From Escherichia phage JLBYU28: a DNA stretch of 64,000 nucleotides. The position numbers and the translations under genes are program-made. The DNA is taken from sequence record OK272472.1; one strand, written 5' to 3'. Shown piece by piece: positions 20,108-38,294 of the stretch. Numbering within the stretch: position 1 is the stretch's first letter; the number at the start of each line of letters is the position of its first letter. Under the pieces are notes generated by a model. It saw only the letters and a program-made list of their open reading frames with translations. It made no database searches and was not told the DNA's origin.

Positions 20108-21207
20108 CAATTCTGTACAAACAAAATAAAGATGGTTCCTTCAACGTCTGGTCATGTGTCGCTATAGGTAACAAAGTTATCACAACCTATGGTAAAGAAA
20201 ATGGCAAGATGATGTTTGAAGAGTATACAGCAGAACCTAAAAACATTGGTAAAAAGAATGAGCGTAACGCTGAACAGCAAGCTCTCTTTGAAGTTGCTGC
20301 AAAGTATAAAAAGCAGGTTGACCGCAAAGGTTATGCTTACACAAAAGAGTCTGCACAGAATACTGAGAAAGTAGGTGTACAGCTTGCTCATGATGCTGCA
20401 AAGGTTAGCCATGCAAAGTATCTGAAGTTCCCTGCTGATGCTCAACCGAAGCTTGATGGTGTACGTTGTAGAATTTCAAGACACTTAAGCATTGGTAGCG
20501 TATTCACAGCATACTCTCGTGAGAATACTGTTTATAAAATCCCTACTGAACTCATACCTGACATTATGGCAATGTTAAGGCTCCACAAAGATGTTGATGA
20601 GTTTGATGGAGAGATTTATGCTCATGGGTGGGACTTAGAAGATATCGTCTCTATGATTAAAAATGAAGACAATCCTGACAGACACTCACTTAAGTTCTAC
20701 TGGTATGATATCTGTGACAGCACTAAGACGTGGCCTGAGCGTAGAGATATCATTGAGACCTCACCATTGAATGACTTTAGAGATGGCTGTAAAGTTGTCC
20801 CTGTTAAGTCTCGTCGTGTAAATTCTTGGGAAGAGTTTGATGAAGCCCATGATAAGTGGGTTGAAGCTAAGTTTGAAGGTGCAATGTACCGTTCAATCTC
20901 TGAAGACTCCTTCTATGAGTGTTGTCACCGTTCATACTTCTTGATTAAGCACAAGAAGATGCACACTGAAGAGTTTAAAGTGACTGGTGTAAAGACCGAT
21001 AAACGTGGTCATGGCAAGTTCGTTGTAGAGACTCTTCCTAACGTCTTTGTAGATGTCTCATGGAAGACTACTCATGAGAAGAAACAGTATCTTGCTGAAC
21101 ATCCTGAAGAGTTTATCGGGAAACCTTTAACTGTTCAGTTCCAGAAGATGACTCGTAAGGGTTCTTTACAGTTTCCTGTCGGGCTAGTTATTAGGGATTA
21201 TGAGTAA
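20104..21207 (+). CDS. ATP-dependent DNA ligase
   Basis: Adenylation motif I KLDGVR (AQPKLDGVRCRI); 367 aa. Confidence 0.7.
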   Translation: MTILYKQNKDGSFNVWSCVAIGNKVITTYGKENGKMMFEEYTAEPKNIGKKNERNAEQQALFEVAAKYKKQVDRKGYAYTKESAQNTEKVGVQLAHDAAKVSHAKYLKFPADAQPKLDGVRCRISRHLSIGSVFTAYSRENTVYKIPTELIPDIMAMLRLHKDVDEFDGEIYAHGWDLEDIVSMIKNEDNPDRHSLKFYWYDICDSTKTWPERRDIIETSPLNDFRDGCKVVPVKSRRVNSWEEFDEAHDKWVEAKFEGAMYRSISEDSFYECCHRSYFLIKHKKMHTEEFKVTGVKTDKRGHGKFVVETLPNVFVDVSWKTTHEKKQYLAEHPEEFIGKPLTVQFQKMTRKGSLQFPVGLVIRDYE

Positions 21208-21364
21208 ACTATGTTAAGCACAATCATTCTGTTTGCATTAGTTGTCTTTGTATTGTCATACGTTGCAAGTAAGCTTTTGGACACATCTTTTGCAATGGGT
21301 GTCTTGTTTACAATCTTTTGTTTCGTGACACATATAGCTATCAGAACTTTTTTATAAAAAGTTG

Positions 21365-21392
21365 TTGACATAGAAAATTTGGTGAGTATACT
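21365..21392 (+). promoter_or_regulatory. Sigma70-like promoter
   Basis: TTGACA - 16 nt - TATACT. Confidence 0.45.
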
Positions 21393-21557
21393 GAGCAGCA
21401 TAAACCAACTGGTACTCACCAGCATCACTTAAGAGTCTTCTAAGAGGGTTTTTAAGTGATGTCTAGTCAGGTACAGTACGGCTAGGTTGGGTCTGGTAAG
21501 GTCAGGTATGGTTTGGTATGGAAGGATGGCAGTAGCCTTATAAAAAATCTGCCAAAT

Positions 21558-21601
21558 AAGCTATAAAGTCTGTTGACAAGTCAGGTGTTATAGCTTATTT
21601 T
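21558..21601 (+). promoter_or_regulatory. Promoter with flanking inverted repeat (operator-like)
   Basis: TTGACA (21573-21578) - 17 nt - TATTTT; TAAGCTATAA / TTATAGCTTA arms bracket the -35 region; about 50 nt upstream of ATG 21646. Confidence 0.4.
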
Positions 21602-21645
21602 TATACCCAATGTAATACAAAATTTAATATAACTTTGAGGTCATT

Positions 21646-22029
21646 ATGAAAAAGATTTTATTAGCTGCTGCAATGGTTATGGCAATGAATTTACCAGTCA
21701 ATGCAACAGAACTTCCAAATGTGGACTTATCAGGTGTTCCAGAAGACACTTGCCAGATTGTAAAAGGTGTTGCTCTGGCTAATGGTGAGTTACTTAAACC
21801 AATCTCTGAAGAGTCTTTGACAGAGATGACCGATAAGGTGACTGACTATCAGTATCGTGTTCTTGCAGAGTATTTCCTACAATCTGCAAATATTAAAGAG
21901 AAACACCATGATGATATTGATGTACAGGCTATGCTCAACCATCGTATCCAGTTTAAAGAAGATTTGATGCAAAAAGCTATGTACGGTGTTGAATATTTCT
22001 TAGAAAACAGAAGCTGCACAGGTATTTGA
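21646..22029 (+). CDS. Secreted/periplasmic small protein
   Basis: N-terminal signal-peptide-like MKKILLAAAMVMAMNLPVNA. Confidence 0.5.
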   Translation: MKKILLAAAMVMAMNLPVNATELPNVDLSGVPEDTCQIVKGVALANGELLKPISEESLTEMTDKVTDYQYRVLAEYFLQSANIKEKHHDDIDVQAMLNHRIQFKEDLMQKAMYGVEYFLENRSCTGI

Positions 22030-22030
22030 T

Positions 22031-22243
22031 ATGGCTCTTAAAAAGTTACATCCCAGAAGCGGTTATGGTAAGATAATTGACGATACAGACGGCTTTACAG
22101 TCTTTACAGTTATCTGTCAAGATGATTCACAGATTGAAAAGGCTCTTGATGATTATCTTAATGATGAACGCGAAAAGGTTAGGACTACAAACATAGATTC
22201 ATTGATTGACACTTCACGCAAACTGAAGAAGAAAGATGAATGA
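22031..22243 (+). CDS. Hypothetical protein
   Basis: 70-aa ORF. Confidence 0.4.
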   Translation: MALKKLHPRSGYGKIIDDTDGFTVFTVICQDDSQIEKALDDYLNDEREKVRTTNIDSLIDTSRKLKKKDE

Positions 22244-22535
22244 GGTTTTTGACCCTTATGCTCCACAAGATGATTGGGAGGCTGACAGAGAGGCTGGAAT
22301 GGAGAGTTATATTTGTCCAATGGATGTAGACGAAATGAGAGACTTCGTTGCACATCGTTTTAAGAGAGAGATTAAATCCAGAGGTCTTTCTCAAGAGCAA
22401 GTTGCTAAAATTTGTGGTATATCTCAGGCTCGTGTATCCAACATAATCCACCTCACTGGTAATGTTTCCCTTGAGTATATGTTGGGAGTGTGTGAAAAAT
22501 TTGGTGTTAATTTCAATTTAAGGTTGGCAGATTAA
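22236..22535 (+). CDS. HTH (XRE-like) DNA-binding protein
   Basis: LSQEQVAKICGISQARVSNII helix-turn-helix-like segment. Confidence 0.45.
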   Translation: MNEVFDPYAPQDDWEADREAGMESYICPMDVDEMRDFVAHRFKREIKSRGLSQEQVAKICGISQARVSNIIHLTGNVSLEYMLGVCEKFGVNFNLRLAD

Positions 22536-22536
22536 T

Positions 22537-22896
22537 ATGAAACGTGAAAACATTATCCACTTTGAAAACTTCGCATTAGGTTTTTATGGCGTACCTACTC
22601 ACCTTGAGAAGTATTATGGTGTTAAGATTCTTTCCAATCTCATTATGGCTTACAAAGATGGTAAGATTAAGCATACTGAGAAGAAACGTGTCATGGGTTA
22701 TATGGCTGTAGGTTCAGCAATCTCAAACATTAAGCTAGAAACAACTAGCAGTCAGGTTGTGAAAGACCACTTCATCAAAGAGCTTTACCACAATCTAGAT
22801 GGTGTAGATGTTCAGGCTGTTTGGCTGGATGTTGATGGTCACAATTACACAAGTTTCGTTTTCAAAAACGATGACATTAAGTGTCTGTTCCCATAA
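22537..22896 (+). CDS. Hypothetical protein
   Basis: 119-aa ORF. Confidence 0.45.
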   Translation: MKRENIIHFENFALGFYGVPTHLEKYYGVKILSNLIMAYKDGKIKHTEKKRVMGYMAVGSAISNIKLETTSSQVVKDHFIKELYHNLDGVDVQAVWLDVDGHNYTSFVFKNDDIKCLFP

Positions 22897-22909
22897 TAGG
22901 TGATGAACT

Positions 22910-23425
22910 ATGATTGATATCTTCTTACAAGATGCTCATGCAGATTTCCTTAAAGTGATGCTTAAAAAGTTTATGGCTTCACAGTATGAGAATGAAGCAT
23001 CTTTTAAAATAGTTACATGTGGCGACGAAGCTGGTTTTGTTGAGATTGAACATGAAGGTACTGGAAAGACTGTTTGTAAGCTACCTGATAGTATGTTCTC
23101 TAGCACGTTCTTAACAAAGACTAGTATAAATGTTAAGCTTGTACCTCAGATTGAAACATACTCTGGTACAGATTACCCTAAAGGGTTTAAGTCACTGATG
23201 AAGTACTTCTTAGATGACTTTGTGGGTAATCTTCTGAGGGAGGTAAAAGAAAGTCGTACAGTGTTGACTGTAGAGAACATGGGAGGAACTATCAGGGTCA
23301 CTTCTGACTGTTTTGTTATGAGCCTCTTCGACTTCGTTCCTAAGAACTTTGATGGTATTCTGGATGAAGAAGATGACTGTGTAGATTTTATATTGGTTCT
23401 TGAGCCAGTTTTTGAGGTTAAATAA
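22910..23425 (+). CDS. Hypothetical protein
   Basis: 171-aa ORF. Confidence 0.45.
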   Translation: MIDIFLQDAHADFLKVMLKKFMASQYENEASFKIVTCGDEAGFVEIEHEGTGKTVCKLPDSMFSSTFLTKTSINVKLVPQIETYSGTDYPKGFKSLMKYFLDDFVGNLLREVKESRTVLTVENMGGTIRVTSDCFVMSLFDFVPKNFDGILDEEDDCVDFILVLEPVFEVK

Positions 23426-23686
23426 ATGAAAATTGAACACTGCTATGAGTCTGATGGAACACCTATCCGATGTCCACATTGTGGGTGTACAGACTTACAA
23501 GGCGAGGTAAGTGAAATAGTCAACGGTCATATTGCTGAAGAGAGTACAAGGTGTACAGGATGTAATGAAGTCATTGCTTTCTGGGCTTATGGTGCATACC
23601 AACCTACACCACACTTAATCTACCATAGCAATAAAGCTGTGAAGAGTGTTATCAACTGGTTCATTAAGAAAGGATTTACAAAATGA
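23426..23686 (+). CDS. Zinc-ribbon protein
   Basis: CPHCGC...CTGCN cysteine pairs; 86 aa. Confidence 0.4.
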   Translation: MKIEHCYESDGTPIRCPHCGCTDLQGEVSEIVNGHIAEESTRCTGCNEVIAFWAYGAYQPTPHLIYHSNKAVKSVINWFIKKGFTK

Positions 23687-24228
23687 TTAAATTAATCTTT
23701 GCAAGTGGTGAAAATGGGGAGTTTGGTACTCCAACTGGTATGCCGTGGCCTCGACACAAACAGGACATGCAAGAGTTTAAGAGACTCACTAAAAACAACT
23801 TAGTAGTGATGGGTAACGAGACTTTTAAGACTCTGGGTAGTAAACCTTTACCAGAACGTGCAAACCTTATCTTAACAAACTCTATACCATATTTAGGCAT
23901 AGACTTTGACAAAGATGAGATAATGTATGCTAAGGCCACTAAAGAGTCATTTGGAGCATTTTTGAAGTATCTTGATAGCTCTATTGATGAAGATGTCTTT
24001 GTAATTGGTGGTGCAGGTGTCCTTGTCAATGCTTTACCATATGCTGATGTAGTGTTCCATACAGTTTTCCATAAAGTTACTGAAGAAGCCACTGTGTATT
24101 TACCTTTTGAAAACTTCTTCGATAAACTGTATGATAGTCGTGTATTTGCAAAGGTACAGTCAAGGCCATCGGATGATGGTAAAGCAACCTTTGAAATTTA
24201 TGTTCCACAAGTAAAAGGACACTTTTGA
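23683..24228 (+). CDS. Dihydrofolate reductase
   Basis: N-terminal IFASGENGEFGTPTGMPWP...LVVMGNETF pattern typical of DHFR; directly upstream of thyA. Confidence 0.7.
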   Translation: MIKLIFASGENGEFGTPTGMPWPRHKQDMQEFKRLTKNNLVVMGNETFKTLGSKPLPERANLILTNSIPYLGIDFDKDEIMYAKATKESFGAFLKYLDSSIDEDVFVIGGAGVLVNALPYADVVFHTVFHKVTEEATVYLPFENFFDKLYDSRVFAKVQSRPSDDGKATFEIYVPQVKGHF

Positions 24229-24229
24229 T

Positions 24230-25129
24230 ATGTCACAAGCAGATTTGAGTTACAAAAATATCCTTAAACATGTTTTATCCGTTGGTGAACTGCGTACTAC
24301 ACGAACTGGAGATGTTATCTCTGCATTTGCTCCACCACAGTTTCGTTTTGATATGCGTACTGGTTTCCCACTCTTAACATCTAAACAGGTGTTTACACGG
24401 CAAGTTATTGGGGAAGCTTTATGGTTCCTGAATGGCGAGAATAAACTTGGCGAACTCCGTTACCGTACTTGGGGTGAAAATGATGGGGAACGCTGGACTA
24501 TCTGGTCAGATGATTTTAAACGTTGGTTAAGTTCTAACTATTCTTCTGAACAAGATTGGTTAGAAGATGCAGGTGGGAGAATCTATGGGGTTCAGTGGAG
24601 AAACTTTGAAGGTCATAATGGTTGTGTTGTAGACCAGTTAGAGACCTTAGTAACAAAGATGAAGGGTGATATCACAGACCGTTACATGCTTGTTAATGCT
24701 TGGAATGCAGCAGATATTGCAGCAAACTCAATGGCTTTAGCACCTTGTCATGTTCTGTTTCAGATTTATATCACTAACGAAGGTGAAGTTGACTTGCAAT
24801 GGTATCAGCGCTCTGTAGACACATTTTTAGGACTCCCGTTTAACATTGCATCTTACGGTTTTATTCTGGAAGTGCTTTGCAAGATGACTGGATACACTCC
24901 ACGGTACTTGATAGGTGTCTTTGGAGATACTCAAATTTATCAGAACCATATGAAGCAGGTTTATGAGCTGATGAATAATGAAGAGTTCCATGCACCTACT
25001 TTTGAGATTGGTGTACAGCTTAACACTCTAAGTGACCTTAAACATCTTACTGCAAGTGATTTTATTGGTGGCATTTACAACTACCAACATGCAGGAAAGA
25101 TTGAAGCACCTTTGTCAGTAGGTAAGTAA
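24230..25129 (+). CDS. thyA: Thymidylate synthase
   Basis: Active-site region LAPCHVLFQIY and QRSVDTFLGLPFNIASY; 299 aa, uninterrupted. Confidence 0.85.
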   Translation: MSQADLSYKNILKHVLSVGELRTTRTGDVISAFAPPQFRFDMRTGFPLLTSKQVFTRQVIGEALWFLNGENKLGELRYRTWGENDGERWTIWSDDFKRWLSSNYSSEQDWLEDAGGRIYGVQWRNFEGHNGCVVDQLETLVTKMKGDITDRYMLVNAWNAADIAANSMALAPCHVLFQIYITNEGEVDLQWYQRSVDTFLGLPFNIASYGFILEVLCKMTGYTPRYLIGVFGDTQIYQNHMKQVYELMNNEEFHAPTFEIGVQLNTLSDLKHLTASDFIGGIYNYQHAGKIEAPLSVGK

Positions 25130-25139
25130 AAACAAAAAA

Positions 25140-25175
25140 GGCTCCCGTAAAAAGGAGCCTTAAAATTTTATTTTT
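25140..25175. terminator. Bidirectional intrinsic terminator between convergent gene blocks
   Basis: A-run, hairpin GGCTCC-CGTAAAAA-GGAGCC, then TTAAAATTTTATTTTT. Confidence 0.6.
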
Positions 25176-25539
25176 CAGTATTCTTTGTGTTCTTTTCAGT
25201 AATAGCTTGGAGGGCTGATACTGATTGAGCCAGATTATTAACACTATCAGAGAATTTATCAAGAGTCTTAGTAAGTTTTGCGTTTTCCCCTTTAACGTTC
25301 TCTAACTGAACTTTCTGGTTCTCCATCCCTAACTGAAGCAGTCTCATATCAGACTGCAAATCACGAATAGCTGAGTAATTAGATTTACTATAATTATCTA
25401 GCTGCTGTAATTTTGTTGTGACAGACACTTCTTGCTTACCACTTGAAACTTGCATAGTGGTATACATCCCAATAACACTAAAAATACCAACAACAATTGC
25501 ACCAATATTATTTTTAAAAGCTTCCTCTAGCCACTTCAT
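25168..25539 (-). CDS. Membrane-anchored coiled-coil protein
   Basis: N-terminal TM segment IGAIVVGIFSVIGMY followed by coiled-coil; function unknown. Confidence 0.4.
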   Translation of the reverse strand: MKWLEEAFKNNIGAIVVGIFSVIGMYTTMQVSSGKQEVSVTTKLQQLDNYSKSNYSAIRDLQSDMRLLQLGMENQKVQLENVKGENAKLTKTLDKFSDSVNNLAQSVSALQAITEKNTKNTEK

Positions 25540-25734
25540 TTATTTCTCCCCCTTAAAAGCTTTCTCTAAGTTATCTACGAACTCATCATCAATAGGTGTG
25601 TCTGTTTTACTCGCAAGGTATCTTGCAAGCTTAAAGAACACTTTCTCAATCATGTATTCACTCAGCAGGGATAAAATGAGTTTCCAGAAGAAACTACCTA
25701 GATTTTTTAGAAGAATTGCTAGGATTGTAGGCAT
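25540..25734 (-). CDS. Small membrane protein
   Basis: 64 aa with hydrophobic N-terminus. Confidence 0.35.
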   Translation of the reverse strand: MPTILAILLKNLGSFFWKLILSLLSEYMIEKVFFKLARYLASKTDTPIDDEFVDNLEKAFKGEK

Positions 25735-25813
25735 TTAATCACCTCATCAGCCAAGATGGTGAGAATACCCATAAAGAATATTAACACCATCTTAACAATC
25801 AGTCAACAAGGGA

Positions 25814-28339
25814 TTAAGCAGTTCTCACCCAAGCCATTAACTTATAGAACTGGTTAGTTACGCTAAATGCTGAACCAGAACCTGTACCTCCAGTGTTACC
25901 ACTCACTGTATGGCTGTGAGCACCAATACCAACAGTGTGAGCATGGTTTCCGTTAGAGGCAGCAGTACCAGACACAGTGTGTGAGTGATTCCCAGCAGCT
26001 CCTGACGTGCCATTAAACGATGGGTTGTCAAAGCCTGTTTTACCGGTTTCACTGTTCGTTCTGGCATTACCCCTGTAAATGGTATGTGTATGGTTACCTG
26101 TTGTGTTCGTTGAACCACTCACTGAGTGGGTGTGAGCACCAGTAGTGTTAGTGGTTTTAGTTCCATAGTCAAAGCTAGAGGTTGTTGCAGAGAAACTATG
26201 AGTGTGTGAAGGTAAGTTTCCAACTGCTAACGTAACAGAATCCGACCCACCAGTGGTAGCAACATCTGAACCATTTGCTGCTGCAATTCTGATAGTTCTA
26301 CCAACACCATTGTTCAGGTACGTCCAAGTTAATCCAGGAAGTGCGGTATTAGGGTTAACATTACTGTTAAACCACGTTACGATACCTACTGGATAGATTT
26401 TATTCAGGTCTGTAGAGTCACTTACTGCCTGTGCAATCTTCTGGTCAGTTTCTGCTTTAGTGTATGCACCGATATCTGAAGGGGTTGGTTTTTGCATATT
26501 TGTGTAGTATTTTGCAATTGTACCCTTTACAATACCTTGCGGAGCGTCATCAAATGTTTGTGGTACTCCAAACAACTGCACACCTGCATTACTAGTATAT
26601 TGGACTCTTGATGTTGTACCATTCTGGAACGCACCGACCTTACAGTAAATATCATAAGTGTCTCCAGAAGTATTCACAGAGCCGATATCCGTAATAATGG
26701 GATTCTTCGAGTTTTTCCAAGCAACAATATTTAAACCCTTTGGGCTCCCATTCCCCGTTCTGAGAACAATTTCCGTTTTACAAGCTTGGTCAAGTACACC
26801 ATAGTTAAAGCCTGACCCACCAAACACTTCAATCACCGCAGTAGATGCGGATTGCGGCATTACAACAGTAGCAATTTTAGCCCACTTTTCATCGTCTCCA
26901 TTATTGAAGTTAGTACTTCCGATTCTCAGGTATCTACTATCACTAGCACTTTGAGTAAAGTATCTAGCATCTAAGTTAGAGAAATCTGAAGGTTGAATCT
27001 GCCCTGCTAGGGTTAATGTCTTATTGATACTTGCAGTTGAGTTACCTAAAATTAACTGAGTGCCAGAGAAGCTGTTGTTTAAGGCTACATCAGTAGAATT
27101 TGGGCCACCAACACCTACCCACCATCTTGATGCATTGGCAGCGTCCTTACCACGAATATACAATGGCCTACTCTGAGTAGAGTTTTTAATAACTAAACCT
27201 TCGCCATCACTAACAACTGTTTGCGCACCATTAAAAGTATTTTGTGTATTAGTTCTTGCAATCGTACTTAATGTTGCTGCCGGAATATATCTAGAGTCAA
27301 TGTTAGAGAAATCTGAGGGTTGAACCTGCCCAGTGATTTGCACGGTTTTATTGATACCAATAGTTGTACCTAGTGAAACCCGCGAACCTGTAAGGTAGTT
27401 ATAAATGTTTAGACGTGTATCTTCAGAATCTGTACCAACATACCATTTATTTGTTCCATCAGACTTCTTACCGAGAATGTAAAGTGGTGTACTTGCATCA
27501 GTATTCTGCAAAGTAAGAGCATTAGCGTTCTTCTTAACAACAAGGTTAGTGAAAGTATTAGCACCTGTAAAAGTGTTATCCCCAGCTAACTGTGCAAATC
27601 TCTGATTAGCAACTGTCTGAGTAAAGTATCTATCATCTAAGTTAGAGAAATCAGAAGGTTGGACTTGACCAGTGATTACTAAAGATTTATTAACAGAAAT
27701 ATTACTTGCAACAGTCAAGGCTGAGTCGTATTTGTTGTTATACAGGTTTACTGTATCACCGCCATTGCGACCAATACCGACCCACCATCTAGCCGAACCA
27801 TCTAGGTCTACACCTTCAATATATTGTGCATTATTTGCATTTTGGTTTCTAAGGCGAAGTAAGTTAGCATCACCTTGAATTTGCTGAGTCCCAGAGAATG
27901 TGTTTGTGACAGCAAGTCTTGCATATCTTGCGTCATTCTCTTCATTAGTTCTCATACCAAGCTCATTAGGACTTGGCTTATTCAGAGTATGATAGACAGT
28001 TGCAGACCTTGAAGCATCTGCAATAGTTAGTTTAAGACCATTTGCATTAATTTTAAAAGTCTTTAAAACATCCCCCATAGTAATCTCAGAAGAGCCTGTA
28101 GGGTCAAAGACTGCCTTACCACCATAAAGTAACTTAACAATCCCTAAGTCACCAGTCATAGTACTACCAGCAATCTGAACAAATCTTTCAAGCTTAAAAG
28201 ATGCTAAGAAATCTTGATAGGTCATTCGACGGTCTTCATCACCCAGCATTTCAGGTCTCTTTTTAACCCTGACATGAAGAAGGTCATCTGAACGGATTGT
28301 ATCGATTGAGTTTAATTCACTCAACTTGTAATCTGCCAT
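25814..28339 (-). CDS. Tail fibre protein (long) with His-x-His repeat tip domain
   Basis: 841 aa; C-terminal HTHS/HSHT/HAHT repeats; C-terminal region paralogous to 28390-29559. Confidence 0.65.
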   Translation of the reverse strand: MADYKLSELNSIDTIRSDDLLHVRVKKRPEMLGDEDRRMTYQDFLASFKLERFVQIAGSTMTGDLGIVKLLYGGKAVFDPTGSSEITMGDVLKTFKINANGLKLTIADASRSATVYHTLNKPSPNELGMRTNEENDARYARLAVTNTFSGTQQIQGDANLLRLRNQNANNAQYIEGVDLDGSARWWVGIGRNGGDTVNLYNNKYDSALTVASNISVNKSLVITGQVQPSDFSNLDDRYFTQTVANQRFAQLAGDNTFTGANTFTNLVVKKNANALTLQNTDASTPLYILGKKSDGTNKWYVGTDSEDTRLNIYNYLTGSRVSLGTTIGINKTVQITGQVQPSDFSNIDSRYIPAATLSTIARTNTQNTFNGAQTVVSDGEGLVIKNSTQSRPLYIRGKDAANASRWWVGVGGPNSTDVALNNSFSGTQLILGNSTASINKTLTLAGQIQPSDFSNLDARYFTQSASDSRYLRIGSTNFNNGDDEKWAKIATVVMPQSASTAVIEVFGGSGFNYGVLDQACKTEIVLRTGNGSPKGLNIVAWKNSKNPIITDIGSVNTSGDTYDIYCKVGAFQNGTTSRVQYTSNAGVQLFGVPQTFDDAPQGIVKGTIAKYYTNMQKPTPSDIGAYTKAETDQKIAQAVSDSTDLNKIYPVGIVTWFNSNVNPNTALPGLTWTYLNNGVGRTIRIAAANGSDVATTGGSDSVTLAVGNLPSHTHSFSATTSSFDYGTKTTNTTGAHTHSVSGSTNTTGNHTHTIYRGNARTNSETGKTGFDNPSFNGTSGAAGNHSHTVSGTAASNGNHAHTVGIGAHSHTVSGNTGGTGSGSAFSVTNQFYKLMAWVRTA

Positions 28340-28389
28340 TATTTTTGTCCTCTAGAAAGAGGGCTATACAGCCCCCTGTAAAAGAATTT

Positions 28390-29559
28390 TTAAGCGGTTC
28401 TTTGCCATACATAAACTACAAAAGATGGTTGCTCAACACTAAATGCTTGACCAGCACCAGTAGCACCAGTAGTACCTGAATGGGTGTGTTCTCCAGCTCC
28501 AGTAACACTAACCGTTACATTGTGTGAATGCGCTCCGATAGCAACAGTGTGTGAGTGTGAACCAATAGCCACCGTGTGATTATGGTTACCATTGGATGCA
28601 GCAGTACCACTAATGGAGTGAGAGTGGTTACCAGCACTATCTGTCTGAACGGTATTCCTGTGCCCATCCCTATCCCAGTCACCTGACGCACCAGTAGCTT
28701 GGTAACCAGTGACATAGCCATGTGTGTGAGCACCTGTTGTATTTGTTGAACCACTCACTGAGTGGGTGTGAGCACCAGTAGTGTTTGTGGTCTTAGTACC
28801 GTAATCAAATGATGAGGTTGATTTAGTACCATAATCAAACGTACTAACTGAGACATTTGCACCATGATTATGATTTCCACCTGCTAGGTAGATAGAATGA
28901 CTGTGCGATGGTAAGTTGTTGCTAGATAAGCTAATACTACTTGAGCCAAAGTTACTACCAACTGGCCTAGAAGCACTATCATAACCTACAAGTGCTCTTC
29001 CTCTTGAAACTAACTCCCAAGTACCTCCACAAATTAAATATGTAGAGGGGTTTGCAGGATTCATAGAGAGATGGATAGTACCTACTGGATAAGAAGCCTG
29101 AACAGCCTTGTACAAGTTATTTACTGCTCTTGCTGTAGCATACTTATCTGCATCTTCATTATAAAGGTTAGACGTTGTCCAGTTCTGGACATTACTTAAA
29201 CCAACCTGTGCCTTAGTTGTATTGTGTGGGTTGCTCTTGTCATTAATATGCTGCTGAATAAGGCTATTAACCTCTTCTGAAGACATAATCTGTAGATTTG
29301 CTCTTGCCTCAGCTACATTAACAATATCTGATAAGTTATTTGCAGCAACTAACTGAAGAGCATTGATAACGTTATCTAAACCAATTTGTGTTTTAGTAAC
29401 ACCGTGGGGGTTATTTCTTAGGCTTGAGTGTGGAGCAAGTAATTGCTCAAGAGTACATCTCTTATCCTCAATACCCTGCTTAAGATGGAAGATATCACTA
29501 AGGTCAATTGGTAAGGCTGCTTGAGGCAAGGCACTAATTTGAATTTCACCTACTGCCAT
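28390..29559 (-). CDS. Tail fibre protein with His-x-His repeat tip domain
   Basis: 389 aa; NHSHSISGTAASNGNHNHTVAIGSHSHTVAIGAHSHNV; shares FDYGTKTTNTTGAHTHSVSGSTNTTG with the 841-aa fibre. Confidence 0.65.
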   Translation of the reverse strand: MAVGEIQISALPQAALPIDLSDIFHLKQGIEDKRCTLEQLLAPHSSLRNNPHGVTKTQIGLDNVINALQLVAANNLSDIVNVAEARANLQIMSSEEVNSLIQQHINDKSNPHNTTKAQVGLSNVQNWTTSNLYNEDADKYATARAVNNLYKAVQASYPVGTIHLSMNPANPSTYLICGGTWELVSRGRALVGYDSASRPVGSNFGSSSISLSSNNLPSHSHSIYLAGGNHNHGANVSVSTFDYGTKSTSSFDYGTKTTNTTGAHTHSVSGSTNTTGAHTHGYVTGYQATGASGDWDRDGHRNTVQTDSAGNHSHSISGTAASNGNHNHTVAIGSHSHTVAIGAHSHNVTVSVTGAGEHTHSGTTGATGAGQAFSVEQPSFVVYVWQRTA

Positions 29560-29561
29560 TA

Positions 29562-37580
<8,019 letters not shown>

Positions 37581-37581
<1 letters not shown>

Positions 37582-37820
37582 TACATTTTTCCTGCTCTTC
37601 TAAGTTCGTTGTAAGCAATTTCCTCTTTATACGACCTCTGAATTTCAAGAAATTGTCTCAATGATAATAAATCAGAGAATGTCATAGCAAAGAGTTGGTC
37701 AAGTGTTTCTTTACACCCTTCCATACCATAAATAGCAAGCACAAATTTCATCTCGTCTGCTTCTTCATAGGTTGCCTCTACAGCAGCATCAGTTAGTGGT
37801 GTCTGTAGAGTGTTACCCAT
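37581..37820 (-). CDS. Tail assembly chaperone (second of pair)
   Basis: 79 aa between tube and tape measure; separate ORF, no overlap. Confidence 0.4.
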
Positions 37821-37822
37821 GT

Positions 37823-38221
37823 TTACTGAGAAGTTAGGCTTTTGAAAATGCTTGCTTCGAAAAAACTTCCGAAGTTTGCCTCCAGCGCAAATGCTAAGTA
37901 ATCAATAAATTCACCATAGTTTGCTTGGAAGTATGTATCGATATTAAGTGGGAAGTCGTCAACAGTTGCCCCTTGAAATAACAGGGTAGCCATTTCTTCA
38001 AGGTTAATTTCTTCAATTCTGTCAAAACAAGCTTCAACAAGCTCTTTAAATGGAACCATTGGAGCTTCTTTCTTGCCCTTGTCAGTCAGACTTGATAGCA
38101 TCTGTGCAAAGGTTGGAACAACAATTTTACCCAACTTCATAGACATCTTAATACCATCTCTTGCCCCAAGCAGAACGATATTTACTTTCTTACCATTAAT
38201 TACTCTAAATTCTGTTTTCAT
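37823..38221 (-). CDS. Tail assembly chaperone (first of pair)
   Basis: 132 aa downstream of tube. Confidence 0.4.
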   Translation of the reverse strand: MKTEFRVINGKKVNIVLLGARDGIKMSMKLGKIVVPTFAQMLSSLTDKGKKEAPMVPFKELVEACFDRIEEINLEEMATLLFQGATVDDFPLNIDTYFQANYGEFIDYLAFALEANFGSFFEASIFKSLTSQ

Positions 38222-38239
38222 TGTGATTCCTTAATACTT

Positions 38240-38285
38240 TTAAAAGAAACAAAAAAGGGGAAGACCTTTTAAAGTCTCCCCCTTA
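38240..38285 (-). terminator. Intrinsic terminator after tail tube gene
   Basis: Minus sense 9-bp stem GGGGGAGAC/GTCTTCCCC followed by TTTTTTGTTTCTTTT. Confidence 0.6.
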
Positions 38286-38294
38286 TAGGATTTA

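Noticed and set aside
21381-21420. Inverted repeat GGTGAGTA..TACTCACC as an intrinsic terminator
   Set aside because: No U-run follows and it overlaps a good TTGACA-16-TATACT promoter; more likely part of the promoter region.
24230-25129. Group I intron in thymidylate synthase (as in T4 td)
   Set aside because: The ORF is continuous at 299 aa with the active-site region intact.
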